The notes beneath the pieces are model-generated. The model searched no databases. It saw only the letters and a program-made list of their open reading frames with translations, and was not told where the DNA came from. Both the position numbers and the translations under genes were made by a program. From Candidatus Multivoradales bacterium (lineage in GTDB: Bacteria > Acidobacteriota > Thermoanaerobaculia > Multivoradales > Multivoraceae): a stretch of DNA of 64,000 nt. Positions 1 to 11,171 of this stretch are shown one piece after another. Where the stretch lies: positions 448,001-512,000 of the forward strand of contig CBDCWI010000001.1 in the NCBI GenBank assembly GCA_965223325.1, in the 5' to 3' direction. Each line of letters begins with the position of its first letter. Within the stretch, counting starts at the first letter, position 1.

Positions 1-1889
1 GGCGTACCGTGTGGGGTCGGCTCCATCTCGACTTCCCACAGAAGCTCGCCGTTCTGTTTGTCAAAGGCCCGCAGTTGGCCTCGACTGCCTTGACGGGTCA
101 TCGACTGCTCGTCGAGCTCCGCCTGAATGATGAAAAGGAGCGTCCTGGTCAGAACCAACCCGCCGTTCGAGAGCACCCCCTGGGAGCTGCTTCCCAGATC
201 GGGAAGGTCGAGATCGGCGATGGCCGGGTGATCCTTGGGGCCGGGGCCATGGGGAACCTGCCAACGGTGATCACCAGAGTTCAAGTCGATCGCCGTAATC
301 CTGCTGTACGGCGGCTTGATCAGCGGCAAGCCACGCGGGCCGGCGGCGAGACCTGGAAAGCCTGTGTAGCGAAACTTCGTGCGCGCACTGTCGGCGGGCA
401 CAACCGCAAGACTCGAGGTCAAGGTCACCGATGGAACGTAGAGCCAACCGGTCTCTGGATCGACTGCCGCACCACGCCAATTGGCTCCGCCGGCCGCACT
501 GGGCATCATCAAAACGCCCTTCTTACCCTCCGCACCAGCCACGATCGGCGGCGTGAAGATCGGCCCGCTCACATGTTGATCGAAGATCGCTTTCGCTTCG
601 GCACGAAGCTCCGGCGTCCAATCGATCAGGTCGTCTTCGGTCAACCCCTGGCGATCGAAGGGAGCGGGCTTCGTTGGATGTGGCTGCGTCGGCGAAGTCT
701 TCTCGCCCGGTACCTCAGACTGCGGGACAGGCTTCTCGGGAATCGGCCACAGAGGCTCTCCCGTCTTGCGATCGAAGACATAGGTGAAGGCCTGTTTGCT
801 CACCTGGGCAACCGCCTTTCTCGGCTGGCCGTCGACCACCACGTCGATCAGGTTCGGCGCGGCCGGAAAGTCGTAGTCCCAGAGCCCGTGATGAACCGCC
901 TGGAAGTGCCACTTGCGTTCACCAGTGGCGGCATCCAGGGCCACCAGACTCTCGGCGAACAGATTGTTGCCCGGTCGGTGGCCGCCGTACCAGTCGTTGG
1001 TGGGCGTGCTGACGGGAAGATAGACGTAGCCCAGCTCCTCGTCGCAGCTCATCATCGTCCAGACGTTGGTGCTGCCGGTGTCTTTCCAGGAATCGTCTTC
1101 CCAGGTGTCGTTGCCGAACTCGCCCTCTTCGGGAATCGTGCGGAAGATCCACTTCATCTTGCCGCTCAACGGGTCGTAGCCACGCACATGACCCTTCGTC
1201 CACTTCGGCCCCGAGGGACCATCACTGATGATCGAACCCAGAACGATTGTCCCGCCGCACACAACAGGTGGCGCCGAGTGCGTGAGCACAGACAACCGCG
1301 TCGGCACATCGTCGACCATCGAGGTGTCGACCTGACCGTTGTCGCCGAAGGCGGGATCGGGCTTGCCAGTGGCCAGGTCGAGTGAGATCAACTTGCGATG
1401 ATGCGAGGCGTAGATCAGACGCCTCGTCTCACCGTTCTCGAAGTACTCGAGGCCACGATGTTGAAAGCCCGCGTTGGCCGGTCGCCCGGCCTTGTAGCTC
1501 TCGGGGTCGTAGACCCACAGCGTCTCACCGGTCACGGCATCGATTGCTGCAACCTGCGAGTAGCCTGTGGTCACGTAGAGAACGCCGTCGATCTCGAGCG
1601 GCGTGGCTTTGAACGCTCCCGGCGGACGGATGGCTTGGATTCCCTCATCGACCGAGTCCCAGCGCCAGACCTCCTCGAGGCGGTCGAGGTTCGAAGCGTT
1701 GATCTGGTCGAGGGGTGAGTACTTGGTCGAGCCGCGATCACCGGCGTAGTGGCGCCAGTCGCCGTCTTCGGCTCCCTGCTGCGCAACGACGGGGACAGAG
1801 ACGGCGACTGCGAGCACCGAGATGGCCAACAGGGCGAGGCTTCTGGTGGAGACGGCGAGGGTGGATGCGAAGCGGCAGCAACGTGGCAC
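1..1889 (-). CDS. PQQ-dependent (quinoprotein) glucose/sugar dehydrogenase, runs off the left edge of the window
   Basis: Not in the ORF track because it has no stop in the window. Manual translation from GTG at 1889 (GAGGAG upstream) gives a signal peptide then 'DGDWRHYAGDRGSTKYSPLDQINASNLDRLEEVWRW', the typical N-terminus of PQQ beta-propeller dehydrogenases. Confidence 0.85.
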   Translation of the reverse strand, partial: MPRCCRFASTLAVSTRSLALLAISVLAVAVSVPVVAQQGAEDGDWRHYAGDRGSTKYSPLDQINASNLDRLEEVWRWDSVDEGIQAIRPPGAFKATPLEIDGVLYVTTGYSQVAAIDAVTGETLWVYDPESYKAGRPANAGFQHRGLEYFENGETRRLIYASHHRKLISLDLATGKPDPAFGDNGQVDTSMVDDVPTRLSVLTHSAPPVVCGGTIVLGSIISDGPSGPKWTKGHVRGYDPLSGKMKWIFRTIPEEGEFGNDTWEDDSWKDTGSTNVWTMMSCDEELGYVYLPVSTPTNDWYGGHRPGNNLFAESLVALDAATGERKWHFQAVHHGLWDYDFPAAPNLIDVVVDGQPRKAVAQVSKQAFTYVFDRKTGEPLWPIPEKPVPQSEVPGEKTSPTQPHPTKPAPFDRQGLTEDDLIDWTPELRAEAKAIFDQHVSGPIFTPPIVAGAEGKKGVLMMPSAAGGANWRGAAVDPETGWLYVPSVTLTSSLAVVPADSARTKFRYTGFPGLAAGPRGLPLIKPPYSRITAIDLNSGDHRWQVPHGPGPKDHPAIADLDLPDLGSSSQGVLSNGGLVLTRTLLFIIQAELDEQSMTRQGSRGQLRAFDKQNGELLWEVEMEPTPHGT

Positions 1890-1981
1890 GGCGGTACTCC
1901 TCTGATCTGGGGGGTGGGCTTTCGCACTATAGCTGCGCGTGCTGCCCGAAGCCGCGACCGTCGGAGCGGTACTCTTCCGTC

Positions 1982-3529
1982 GTGTTCGACACCATTCGCC
2001 GGAGAGCCCAACGACTTCGAGCCAGTGAATCTGCCTGGTTCCTCGACGCCGCCCTCATGCTGGTTGTCTACGTCGCCTTCGACCGCCTCCTGCGCACTGC
2101 ATCGAGACTCCCCGAAAGTGACTACCTGGCGAAGAGTTACCTACCTGGGTTGGCCGCTTCTTACCTCCGCGCTGACGCTCTGATTCTCCTGGCCATCGTC
2201 GGTCTTCTCGTCTGGAAGGTCCCCAGACGACTCGGCTGGTCCGAGATCGGCAGGGGGCTGCGAGGAGTCGCCCTGGTCGCAACGATCGTCATGGTCTGGG
2301 CCGCCGCCTTCTACGCACCAAACGAGTACCTCCAACAAGCCCACATCTGGGAGCGCGTCCTGCTCGTCGCTCTCGCTGCCCTCTCGGTCTGGCGACCGCT
2401 CTTCCTGTTGCCGCTTCTGGCGCTCATGCACACCGCGATGTGGCAGTTCGACGTACCGATCCCCGGTTACTCGTGGACGGACAAGCTGCTGCCGGTTCGC
2501 CTCCTCGGCGTGCTCGCAGCGGCAGCCGTCGTACGACCCCTGCGGAAGAGACCCGCGATCGACGTCGTTCCGTGGTTCGTGCTCGCCATCTTCGGGGCGC
2601 ACTACTGGTTTCCGGGCTGGAAGAAGGCGTCGATCGGCTGGCTCGAGCACAGCCAGGTCGGCCAGATCGCCTGGGCTGCGACCGAAAACGGTTGGAGTTC
2701 CTGGGTCACCGAGAACGCGCTCGATGTCGTCACCGCTCTTCAACCAGTCTTGATGGTGTCGGTGCTGTTGCTCGAGTTGGCAGCCTGTGTCGTGGGGGTT
2801 CACCGCCGCGTTGCGACCCTGCTCTCGCTCGGCTGGGTCTTGATGCATCTTTCGATCTTCGCGATGACCGGAATCTTCTTCTGGAAATGGATCGCGGTCA
2901 ACATCGCCTTCGTCGTCTGGCTACGACGCGCCGACCTCGGGCCCCTCGAGCAACGCCTGCCGGCGGTTCTGGTTCTGGTTCTCGCAGCACCCCTCTGGTG
3001 CCAGCCGCCGATCCTCGCCTGGTACAACACACGGGTCAACGAACGATACGAATTCGTTGGCGTCGGCGAAACGGCAACCGGTGAGTCCAGATGTGTGCTC
3101 ACGCCTCCCTTCTTCGCACCGTACGACATTGCCTTCAGCCAGCATCGCTTCGGCTTTCTGCTCGAGACTCCCCAACTCGTCCGCACCTACAGCTCGACAA
3201 CCCATCGCGAGCTCGCCGACGCACTGAACGCCGCGACCGCCGAAACCGACCTCGACCAGCTGGCCCAGGAACTGGGCAGAAAGCGCTGGAACCCGAAACG
3301 GCGCGAGGCGTTCGAGCGTTTCCTGACCCGTTTCGTTCCCGCCCGTGCGGCCGCCGTCGCCACCGGCTCACCATTCTGGCGGCCACCCATGCACATCCTC
3401 AGCCGACCGCTGACCGCGTGCAGCAAGCGAGCCGAGTTCGAAGCGGTCGAGGTGTTCTGGCACCGAACCCTCGATGGCGCGCCCCCGGAGCACGGCGAGC
3501 AGCGGCTGGTCCTGAGAGCAGAACTCTAG
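1982..3529 (+). CDS. Polytopic membrane protein (HTTM-like), function unknown
   Basis: ORF 1715..3529 has many hydrophobic segments and 'HYWFPGWKK', 'HLSIFAMTGIFFWKWI'. Start moved to GTG 1982 to avoid overlapping the divergent PQQ gene; start is uncertain. Confidence 0.55.
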   Translation: MFDTIRRRAQRLRASESAWFLDAALMLVVYVAFDRLLRTASRLPESDYLAKSYLPGLAASYLRADALILLAIVGLLVWKVPRRLGWSEIGRGLRGVALVATIVMVWAAAFYAPNEYLQQAHIWERVLLVALAALSVWRPLFLLPLLALMHTAMWQFDVPIPGYSWTDKLLPVRLLGVLAAAAVVRPLRKRPAIDVVPWFVLAIFGAHYWFPGWKKASIGWLEHSQVGQIAWAATENGWSSWVTENALDVVTALQPVLMVSVLLLELAACVVGVHRRVATLLSLGWVLMHLSIFAMTGIFFWKWIAVNIAFVVWLRRADLGPLEQRLPAVLVLVLAAPLWCQPPILAWYNTRVNERYEFVGVGETATGESRCVLTPPFFAPYDIAFSQHRFGFLLETPQLVRTYSSTTHRELADALNAATAETDLDQLAQELGRKRWNPKRREAFERFLTRFVPARAAAVATGSPFWRPPMHILSRPLTACSKRAEFEAVEVFWHRTLDGAPPEHGEQRLVLRAEL

Positions 3530-3820
3530 CGCGGGCCGCGCTCGTCTGCGCGTTCGCCGGCCGGAGGACGTGCGGGCCGCCGTCTTTGGAGTCGCTCTGG
3601 CGAACGTGGGCGAGCCAATTCGCGCTTCCAGGGATCTCCGAACCGCTCGTCTACATGAACCGTGAGAGTGAACACGATCACCTCGCGAAGTGGAGTCCGT
3701 TCGCCTTCGCACACCAGCGCCGCGTCCTCGAGACGTTCCGGGAATGGGCGGGCTCCGAGGACCTGCCGATTCCCGGTCGCCACCATCGCCAGGCATGGGC
3801 CAATCAACTCCTGAGGGAGC

Positions 3821-4111
3821 ATGCTGCTTCGGCCTGGCGGCTCCCTGATGGTGACGACACCCTTTCTCATTCGGATTCACGCCCAGCCCCATGACTGCAG
3901 TCGCTGGACCGAAGTGGGAATGAGGCAGCTTGTTCTCGGCGCTGGCTTCGCCGACGACAACGTGGAGACCGGCAGCTGGGGCAACCGCGCCTGCGTCATC
4001 GCGCACCTCGAGGACTGGGTCCGGTACAAGCCGCTCCCCCACTCGCTCGAGAGTGACCCCAGGTTCCCGATCGTCGTCTGGGCGTTCGCCAGAGAACCCG
4101 AGACCGACTGA
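3821..4111 (+). pseudogene. C-terminal half of a class I SAM-dependent methyltransferase
   Basis: 'LLRPGGSLMVTTPF..H..PHDCSRWT..G' is the second half of a Methyltransf_11-like fold. An in-frame TGA at 3812-3814 precedes it and no SAM-binding motif I is present. Confidence 0.5.
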
Positions 4112-4150
4112 CGAGGTGCCTCCGAGGCACCACCGCTACCTTACTGCCAC

Positions 4151-5995
4151 CTACTGCGTCGCACTCGAAAAGAGAGCGACAGGGTCGAAAACGGCGCGCC
4201 CGCCGACGACGGTCAGGACAACGTCGGCGTCGAGCAGTTCGGCGACGCGCTCTGCGCCGAGCTCGAGGATGTTGCGGTCGAGCACTGCGAAGTCGGCGAG
4301 CTTGCCGACCTCGATCGTGCCTTTCTGATCGTCTTCGAAGTTGGCGTAGCTCGAGCCCCAGGTGTATGCACGGAGCGCGGTTTCTGTGTCGATGCGCTGC
4401 TCGGGGAACCATCCACCTTCGGGGGTGCCGCTGGTCGTCTGGCGTGAAACCGCCGCGTAGATTCCGAGCAGGGGATCGATCGGATACTCCGCCGCTCCGG
4501 TACCCGGCCAATCCGAACCGAACGACAAGACGGCGCCGGCGTCTTCGATCTGGGCGAAAGCGTAGGCGCCGTAGCACCTGCCGTGGCCGATGCGCTCTTC
4601 CATCCAGCGCATGTCGTCGGAGAGATGAAACGGCTGCACCTCGGCCACCACCCCGAGTCGGGCCAGGCGCTCGAAGTCGTCCTTGGCGATCACCTGCGCG
4701 TGAACGAGGCGGAAGCGGCGATCCTTCTTGCCGTTCTGGCGCTCGAGCTCTTCCAGGTAGTCGAGCAACAGGGAGTTTGCCTCGTCGCCGATCGCATGAA
4801 TCGACAGCTGCAGCCCCGCCTTGTCGGCATCGAGCATGTACTGGAGGAACTGGCCCTCGACGAAGTTCCCCGCGTCGTCGACCATCAGCCGTCGCCAGGC
4901 GCCGCGGTTCGAGGGATCGTGATCGTAGGGTTCGAAGAAGCGAGCCGTGGAGTTTCCCATGATGCCGTCGATGTGCCCCTTGAGCGAACCGAGGCGAATC
5001 CAGGGGTCACCCGAGCCAATCTCGATGCCCTGCTCCGCAAGCTCCGCCCAGCGATCGAGTGGATAGCGTAAGTGGATGCGCGTCGTCAGTTCGCCGCGCT
5101 CGTGGAGCTGCCGATAGATGTCGAGCTGGGTGTCGTCGGACATGTCGCTGACATTGGTGACCCCGCGCCGGGCGACTTCTCGGAGGGCGTTGCGGGTCTG
5201 CCGAAGGCGGCGCTTCGCCGACGGCTCGGGTACCGAGCCACGAAAGAGCTCGGGGACTCGCTCGCCGGTGAGAATCCCGGTGAAGCCCTGGTCATCGCGC
5301 ACTGCATCGACGCCCTGGGGCAGCCTCTCGAGCTCGACCCCAGAAAGCTCGAGAGCGCGCTCGTTGACGGCGAACTCTGTGTTGTCGAAGCGCTGGAGGA
5401 AGATCGGGTGATCACCGGCATGTGAAGCCGCCCGGCGCATGTTCGGCACGAACGGTTCGCGTGCCCCGCCTGAGGCATCCGCCCCTTGCTGCCATTGGTC
5501 GTATGCACCCCACAGCCCGCCGGTGATCCACTCGCCACTGTCAAGGCGCGAGACGACGTCGTCGAGGCGTGCGAGGAACTCGTCCTCTGTGCCAACCGTC
5601 ATGATGTTGAACTCGAGAAAGCGCGCCGCCGAAGCGAAATGCACGTGGTTGTCACTGAAGCCCGGCACGAGGAGGGAGTCCGCCGGCAGCTCCACCAGCA
5701 GCGGTTCGGCACCTGACGCCTGGCGGGTCTCGAGGACCACTCTGTCGTGGTCGCCAACGGCGACGATCTCTTCGCCGAGGAAGCCCACCGCCGCCGCGTG
5801 TGGCTGAGAGCTGTTGCCGGTCCAGATGTCGCCCCTTACAACAACTGCAGGGGAAGACTCCGGCTGTCGAGGGTCGGGTTGCGGCGGTTCGCTCTCGGCA
5901 CAACCGGCGAGTACAGTCGCCGCCGCGACAAGAAGGACCGCACCGAGGGGTCTCATGAGGCGCGCAGATCGGTTGTTGGAACGCTCCTTTGCCAT
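4151..5995 (-). CDS. Metal-dependent amidohydrolase (Amidohydro_3/YtcJ-like) lipoprotein
   Basis: 'PGFSDNHVH', 'HAIGD', 'RLVHAQ', 'FGSDWP', 'GKLADFAVLD' motifs and lipobox 'LAGC'. Start set at ATG 5995. Confidence 0.9.
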   Translation of the reverse strand: MAKERSNNRSARLMRPLGAVLLVAAATVLAGCAESEPPQPDPRQPESSPAVVVRGDIWTGNSSQPHAAAVGFLGEEIVAVGDHDRVVLETRQASGAEPLLVELPADSLLVPGFSDNHVHFASAARFLEFNIMTVGTEDEFLARLDDVVSRLDSGEWITGGLWGAYDQWQQGADASGGAREPFVPNMRRAASHAGDHPIFLQRFDNTEFAVNERALELSGVELERLPQGVDAVRDDQGFTGILTGERVPELFRGSVPEPSAKRRLRQTRNALREVARRGVTNVSDMSDDTQLDIYRQLHERGELTTRIHLRYPLDRWAELAEQGIEIGSGDPWIRLGSLKGHIDGIMGNSTARFFEPYDHDPSNRGAWRRLMVDDAGNFVEGQFLQYMLDADKAGLQLSIHAIGDEANSLLLDYLEELERQNGKKDRRFRLVHAQVIAKDDFERLARLGVVAEVQPFHLSDDMRWMEERIGHGRCYGAYAFAQIEDAGAVLSFGSDWPGTGAAEYPIDPLLGIYAAVSRQTTSGTPEGGWFPEQRIDTETALRAYTWGSSYANFEDDQKGTIEVGKLADFAVLDRNILELGAERVAELLDADVVLTVVGGRAVFDPVALFSSATQ

Positions 5996-6209
5996 CGCTC
6001 TTCTCCTCCCGTCCGCGGCCAGCGAACCGGCTGACTGCCACACGGTCTGCTTCGTTTCGAGTCCTGGCAGAGTACCGCTCTCTCCACAGTCGCCCTTCGA
6101 ACCCTCTGAACCCTCTGAACGGGGCCTACCACCTGGAGCGGTACACTCCCTGCGCATATTCTGCCCAGAGTCCTGAAACTGGTTCCCCTTAGACAACGCG
6201 GAGGTCTCC

Positions 6210-7520
6210 ATGCGTCGCTTGAACCTTCTCCTCCTGGTCGCATCGCTCCTGCTCTCGGTCGGCGCCCTGGGCGCGTCAGAACCCGCCGTCAAAGACGCGG
6301 GCGTCGCCGCCCTGCCGACCGCCAATCCCACGACGCTCGGTCTCTCGCCGGAACGCCTCGAGAGAATCGATCGAGTGATGCAGAAAAACGTCGACGAGGG
6401 ACACATGGCGGGTGCCATCGGTCTCATCGCGCGGCGCGGCAAGGTGGGCTACCTCTCGACCTGGGGCTACGCCGATCGCGAACAGAAAAAGGAAATGACT
6501 CCTGACGCGTTGTTTCGCATGTATTCGATGACCAAGGCGGTGACTGGAGTCGCCGTCATGATGCTGCACGAGGAGCAGGGTTGGTCGCTGCGCACGCCGG
6601 CCAAGCATTGGATCCCCGAGCTCGGCGACCTCGAGGTCGTCGTCTATGACACCGACCCCGCGACCGGAGCCCCCCGCCATCGTCTCGAACCAGCCCGCCG
6701 CGACATCACGGTTCGCGACCTGCTCACCCACACCTCGGGCATCAGCTACGCCGGGCCCCGTGACGCAGAGGGAAACTTCTACTACCGTCAAGCCGCCGAC
6801 CGGAGCAATCCCGACTTCAGCATTGGCGATCTGGCGCGCGGGCTCGGCAAGGCGCCGCTCCACAATCACCCGGGCGAAGTGTGGCAGTACGGTTTGAGCC
6901 AGGACGTCCTCGCCGCTTTGGTCGAGGTCATGTCGGGCCAGACCTACGACGTGTTCCTCGAAGAGCGCATCTTCGCGCCCCTCGGCATGATCGATACGGC
7001 GCATTGGGTGCCCGAGTCGAAGCACGATCGCTTGACGACTCTCTACACCCCCGCCGAAGACCGACAGGTCAAGCGGTCAGCGGCCCCCGCCCAGGACTCC
7101 TACAAGAAGAAGCCCAGCATGCTGGGTGGCGGCTCGGGACTCGTGTCGACCGTCGGCGACTATCTGCGCTTCTGCCAGATGCTGCTCAACGACGGTGAGC
7201 TCGACGGAACACGGCTCCTCAGTCGAAAGTCGGTCGAGTTGATGCGCGCCGATCACATCGGTGACCTGCCGCGCGTCGGTGGCCTGATCGGCCCGAACGA
7301 TGGCTTCGGCCTCACCTTCCGCGTTGTGCGTGAGCCCGGCCTCTCTGGTGCTCTCGGGTCACCCGGCGAGTACAGCTGGGGTGGTGCCGCCGGTACACGC
7401 TTCTGGATCGATCCGAAAGAGGAACTGATCGGTCTCTTTATGGTCCAGATCCTGCCGCACACCAACCTGCAGTTCGGAACCGAGTTCAAGAACCTGGTCT
7501 ACCAGGCGATCGTCGACTGA
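6210..7520 (+). CDS. Serine hydrolase, beta-lactamase class C family, secreted
   Basis: Signal peptide, catalytic 'SMTK', 'LLTHTSG', 'WGGAAGT'. Confidence 0.9.
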   Translation: MRRLNLLLLVASLLLSVGALGASEPAVKDAGVAALPTANPTTLGLSPERLERIDRVMQKNVDEGHMAGAIGLIARRGKVGYLSTWGYADREQKKEMTPDALFRMYSMTKAVTGVAVMMLHEEQGWSLRTPAKHWIPELGDLEVVVYDTDPATGAPRHRLEPARRDITVRDLLTHTSGISYAGPRDAEGNFYYRQAADRSNPDFSIGDLARGLGKAPLHNHPGEVWQYGLSQDVLAALVEVMSGQTYDVFLEERIFAPLGMIDTAHWVPESKHDRLTTLYTPAEDRQVKRSAAPAQDSYKKKPSMLGGGSGLVSTVGDYLRFCQMLLNDGELDGTRLLSRKSVELMRADHIGDLPRVGGLIGPNDGFGLTFRVVREPGLSGALGSPGEYSWGGAAGTRFWIDPKEELIGLFMVQILPHTNLQFGTEFKNLVYQAIVD

Positions 7521-7653
7521 CGAGTGGCTCGAACTCGGCTGCCTAGGATCCCAAACCCAGGCTTGGGTTGGCTTCGTCGAACGAGTTGAAAAGCAGCCGG
7601 CGGCGCCGGCGCGATGCCGTCGAAACTAACATGTGCGGTGATACCGTGCGCTG

Positions 7654-8805
7654 GTGACTTCGAGAAAGCTGCGCATGGGCATGGTCGGCGGCGGCCGCGA
7701 TGCCTTCATTGGTGCTGTTCATCGCATGGCCGCCGGGCTCGATGGCTTGATCGAGTTCTCGGCGGGAGCGCTGTCGGGCGATCAGGAGAAGGCCCGCGCA
7801 TCGGGACGTGACCTTTTGCTCGCCGAAGACCGCGCCTATGGCAGTTGGCAGGAGATGTTCGAGCGCGAGCGCGAACGCGATGACCGAATCGACTTTGTTG
7901 CCATCGTGACGCCGAACTTTCTGCATCACCCGGTGGCGATAGCGGCGCTTGATCTGGGCTTCGACGTGATCTGCGACAAGCCGATGACTCTCGATGTCCA
8001 GGAAGCCGAGGAGCTGGTGGCGAAGGTCGAGGAGACCGGGCGTACCTTCGCGCTCACGCACAACTACACCGGCTACCCGATGGTTAAAGAAGCGCGTGAG
8101 CGTGTCGCGCGCGGCGACCTGGGAGAAGTCCGGCGGGTGGTCGTTGAGTACCCGCAGGGTTGGCTGGCGACGCGCCTCGAAGACGACGGGCAGAAGCAAG
8201 CCGACTGGCGCACCGACCCGGCACGCGCCGGGGCGAGCTGTTGCATGGGAGACATCGGCACGCACTGCGAAAACCTCGCCGAGTACGTCACCGGGATAGA
8301 GATCGCCGAGGTCTGTGCGGACCTTCATACCTTCGTTGGTGGGCGGCCGCTCGATGACGATGGTTCGGTGCTCCTACGGTTCGAGAACGGGGCGCGCGGC
8401 GTTCTCTGGGCGTCGCAGATCGCGGTCGACGAGGAGAACGCTCTGTCGCTGCGGGTCTACGGCACCAGCGGTGGCCTCGGCTGGCGGCAGGAAGAGCCCA
8501 ACACCCTGGTCATCAACCATCTCGACCGTGCGCGAGAGATCATCCGCACCGGTACCGGCGGCGCCGGCGAAGCGGCCGCTCGCGCAACCCGCCTTCCGGC
8601 GGGTCACCCCGAAGGCTTCATCGAAGCGTTCGCCAACCTCTACCGCAACTTCGCAAGGACCCTACTGGCCCGCCAGGCCGGCCGCCAACCCAACCCTGCC
8701 GATCTCGATTTTCCTGGCGTTCATGACGGCCTGCGCGGGATGCGCTTTATCGAAGCGGTCGTGCGCTCGTCTGCTGAGAATGCCGCCTGGACCCCGCTCC
8801 GCTGA
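7654..8805 (+). CDS. Gfo/Idh/MocA family NAD(P)-dependent oxidoreductase
   Basis: 'GMVGGG' Rossmann motif, 'CDKP', 'DIGTH'. Confidence 0.9.
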   Translation: MTSRKLRMGMVGGGRDAFIGAVHRMAAGLDGLIEFSAGALSGDQEKARASGRDLLLAEDRAYGSWQEMFERERERDDRIDFVAIVTPNFLHHPVAIAALDLGFDVICDKPMTLDVQEAEELVAKVEETGRTFALTHNYTGYPMVKEARERVARGDLGEVRRVVVEYPQGWLATRLEDDGQKQADWRTDPARAGASCCMGDIGTHCENLAEYVTGIEIAEVCADLHTFVGGRPLDDDGSVLLRFENGARGVLWASQIAVDEENALSLRVYGTSGGLGWRQEEPNTLVINHLDRAREIIRTGTGGAGEAAARATRLPAGHPEGFIEAFANLYRNFARTLLARQAGRQPNPADLDFPGVHDGLRGMRFIEAVVRSSAENAAWTPLR

Positions 8806-8840
8806 CCTTCGACACCAATCGAATTGAGGGACACAACAGA

Positions 8841-9836
8841 ATGAGCCGACCCGTCACTCTCTTTACCGGTCAGTGGGCGGACCTGCCGCTCTCCGAACTC
8901 CTCCCCAAGGTGGTCGAGTTCGGCTACGACGGGGTCGAGCTCGCCTGCTGGGGCGATCACCTGGTCCCCAAAGAAGCCGACGACGCCTACTGCGGCGAGC
9001 TGCGCGAGCTGCTCGACGATATGGAGCTCGGCCTTTGGGCGATCAGCAATCACCTCTGCGGCCAGGCGGTCTGCGACCCGATCGACGCGCGCCACCAGAG
9101 CATCGTGCCCGAGCATGTGTGGGGTGACGGCGAACCCGAGGGCGTCAAAGTGCGCGCCGCCGAAGAAATGCGCGAGACCGCGCGGGTTGCCAAGCGTCTC
9201 GGCGTCGACGTGGTGTGCGGGTTCACCGGCAGCTCGATCTGGCAGTACCTCTATTCGTTTCCTCCGGTACCTGTGGAGTGGATCGACAAAGGCTTTCTCG
9301 ACTTCAAAGAACGCTGGCTACCGATTCTCGAGACCTTCGAGAAACAGGGGGTGCGCTTTGCGCTCGAGGTCCACCCCACCGAGATCGCCTTCGACATCGC
9401 CTCGACCGAGCGCGCCCTCGAGGCGATCGACCACCACCCCGCCTTCGGTTTCAACTACGACCCCAGCCACCTCGGCTACCAGGGTGTCGACTATGTCGAG
9501 TTCATCCGTCGCTTCGGCGACCGTATCTTCCACGTCCATATGAAAGACGTGTGGTGGTCGGACCGGCCACGCGCGGCGGGCGTCTTCGGCGGTCACACCG
9601 AGTTCGGAGACCCGCGGCGGTACTGGGAGTTTCGCTCGCCCGGTCGCGGCACGATCGATTTCGAAGAGATCATCCGCGCTCTCAACGACGTTGGCTATGC
9701 CGGGCCGCTGTCGGTGGAGTGGGAAGACATCAAGATGGATCGCGAGCACGGCGCTGCCGAAGCCGCCATGGTGGTGCGCGACCTCGATTTCGAGACCTCC
9801 GACCGGGCTTTTGACGCGGCGTTCTCGGGAGACTGA
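8841..9836 (+). CDS. Sugar phosphate isomerase/epimerase (AP_endonuc_2 TIM barrel)
   Basis: Metal-binding 'ALEVHP', 'YDPSH', 'HVHMKD', 'SVEWED'. Confidence 0.88.
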   Translation: MSRPVTLFTGQWADLPLSELLPKVVEFGYDGVELACWGDHLVPKEADDAYCGELRELLDDMELGLWAISNHLCGQAVCDPIDARHQSIVPEHVWGDGEPEGVKVRAAEEMRETARVAKRLGVDVVCGFTGSSIWQYLYSFPPVPVEWIDKGFLDFKERWLPILETFEKQGVRFALEVHPTEIAFDIASTERALEAIDHHPAFGFNYDPSHLGYQGVDYVEFIRRFGDRIFHVHMKDVWWSDRPRAAGVFGGHTEFGDPRRYWEFRSPGRGTIDFEEIIRALNDVGYAGPLSVEWEDIKMDREHGAAEAAMVVRDLDFETSDRAFDAAFSGD

Positions 9837-9839
9837 AGA

Positions 9840-11171
9840 GTGGCCACGGCGGCACGTACCTGGTTCCCCGAAGTCTCGAAAGCAATCACCTTTGAAGGGC
9901 CAGGAACCGAGAACCCGCTCGCCTTCCGCTACTACGACCGCGACCGCAAAGTCCTCGGCCGCTCGATGGAGCGCTGGCTCAAGTTCGCAGTGGCCTACTG
10001 GCACACCCTGAAGGGCGGCGGTGAAGACCCCTTCGGTCAGGACCGCACGCTCACGCGACCCTGGCTCGAGGCGGACTCCGCAATGGAAGCCGCACACCAG
10101 ACTCTCGACGCGGCTTTCGAGTTCATCGAGAAACTCGGTGCACCGTACTGGTGTTTCCACGATCGTGACCTCGCACCCGAGGGTAGAACCCTCGAGGAGA
10201 CCTGGCGCCATCTCGAGGAGCTCACAAGAAGGGCGAAGAAGAAGCAGCGTGCCACAGGGATCAAGCTGCTCTGGGGGACGGCGAATCTGTTCTCGCACCC
10301 GCGCTACACCCACGGCGCCGCAACCAACCCCGACCCAGAGGTGACCGCCCATGCCGCGAGCCAGGTGCGTCGTGCTCTCGACGCGACGATCGCGCTCGGC
10401 GGCACCGGCTATGTGTTCTGGGGTGGTCGCGAGGGCTACGCCTCGCTTCTCAACACCGACATGAAGCGCGAACGCGAGCAACTCGCCGCCTTCCTGCACG
10501 CCGCCGTCGAGTACGGCCGTCGACAGGGGTTCCGCGGCACCTTCTTCATCGAACCGAAGGCCAAGGAGCCCTCGACCCATCAGTATGACTTCGACTGCGC
10601 CCACGCGCTCAATTTCCTGCGCGAGTTCGATCTTCTGGATGACTTCGCTCTCAATGTCGAAGCCAACCACGCCAGCCTCGCCACCCATACCTTCGAACAC
10701 GAACTGCGCACCGCCCAAGCCGCCGGCAAGCTCGGCAGTCTCGACATCAACCGCGGGCTCGAAGGCGTTGGCTGGGACACCGACAACTTCCCCACCGACC
10801 TCCTGGAGGCAGTCCTGGCGATGCGGGTCGTGGTCGAACAGCGCGGCCTTCGCCATGGCGGTCTCAACTTCGATGCCAAGGTGCGGCGCGGGTCGTTCGA
10901 CACCATCGATCTCTTTCACGCTCACATCGGCGGCATGGACACCTTCGCGCGTGCGCTCCTCGTCGTCGAGCGCCTGCGCCATGATGGCGCCCTCGACCAG
11001 TTCAAGAAGGATCGCTACGCCGGCTGGAAACGCGGCATCGGGAAGCGGCTGCTCGCGGGCCAGGCAACGCTCGAAGAGCTCGAAGAGCGAGCGCGCAAGA
11101 GCGGCGAGCCGGCGATGCGTTCGGGCCGGGTCGAGTTGCTCGAGAACCTGCTCAACGACTCCTTGAAATGA
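9840..11171 (+). CDS. xylA: Xylose isomerase (class II)
   Basis: 'AYWHT', 'CFHDRD', 'WGGREGY', 'IEPK.KEP..HQYDFD', 'NVEANHA', 'WDTD.FP'. Confidence 0.96.
   Translation: MATAARTWFPEVSKAITFEGPGTENPLAFRYYDRDRKVLGRSMERWLKFAVAYWHTLKGGGEDPFGQDRTLTRPWLEADSAMEAAHQTLDAAFEFIEKLGAPYWCFHDRDLAPEGRTLEETWRHLEELTRRAKKKQRATGIKLLWGTANLFSHPRYTHGAATNPDPEVTAHAASQVRRALDATIALGGTGYVFWGGREGYASLLNTDMKREREQLAAFLHAAVEYGRRQGFRGTFFIEPKAKEPSTHQYDFDCAHALNFLREFDLLDDFALNVEANHASLATHTFEHELRTAQAAGKLGSLDINRGLEGVGWDTDNFPTDLLEAVLAMRVVVEQRGLRHGGLNFDAKVRRGSFDTIDLFHAHIGGMDTFARALLVVERLRHDGALDQFKKDRYAGWKRGIGKRLLAGQATLEELEERARKSGEPAMRSGRVELLENLLNDSLK

Noticed and set aside
9-1718. Long plus-strand ORFs 9..1385 and 1398..1718
   Set aside because: Antisense shadows of the PQQ dehydrogenase, as is common in high-GC DNA; no motifs.
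6093-6121. Short tandem GAACCCTCT repeat in a divergent intergenic region
   Set aside because: Only two full units, which is not enough to support a function.
9318-10982. 554-aa minus-strand ORF (likewise 24358..25737 and 29246..30313)
   Set aside because: These overlap well-supported genes in antisense or alternate frames and show no family signal.
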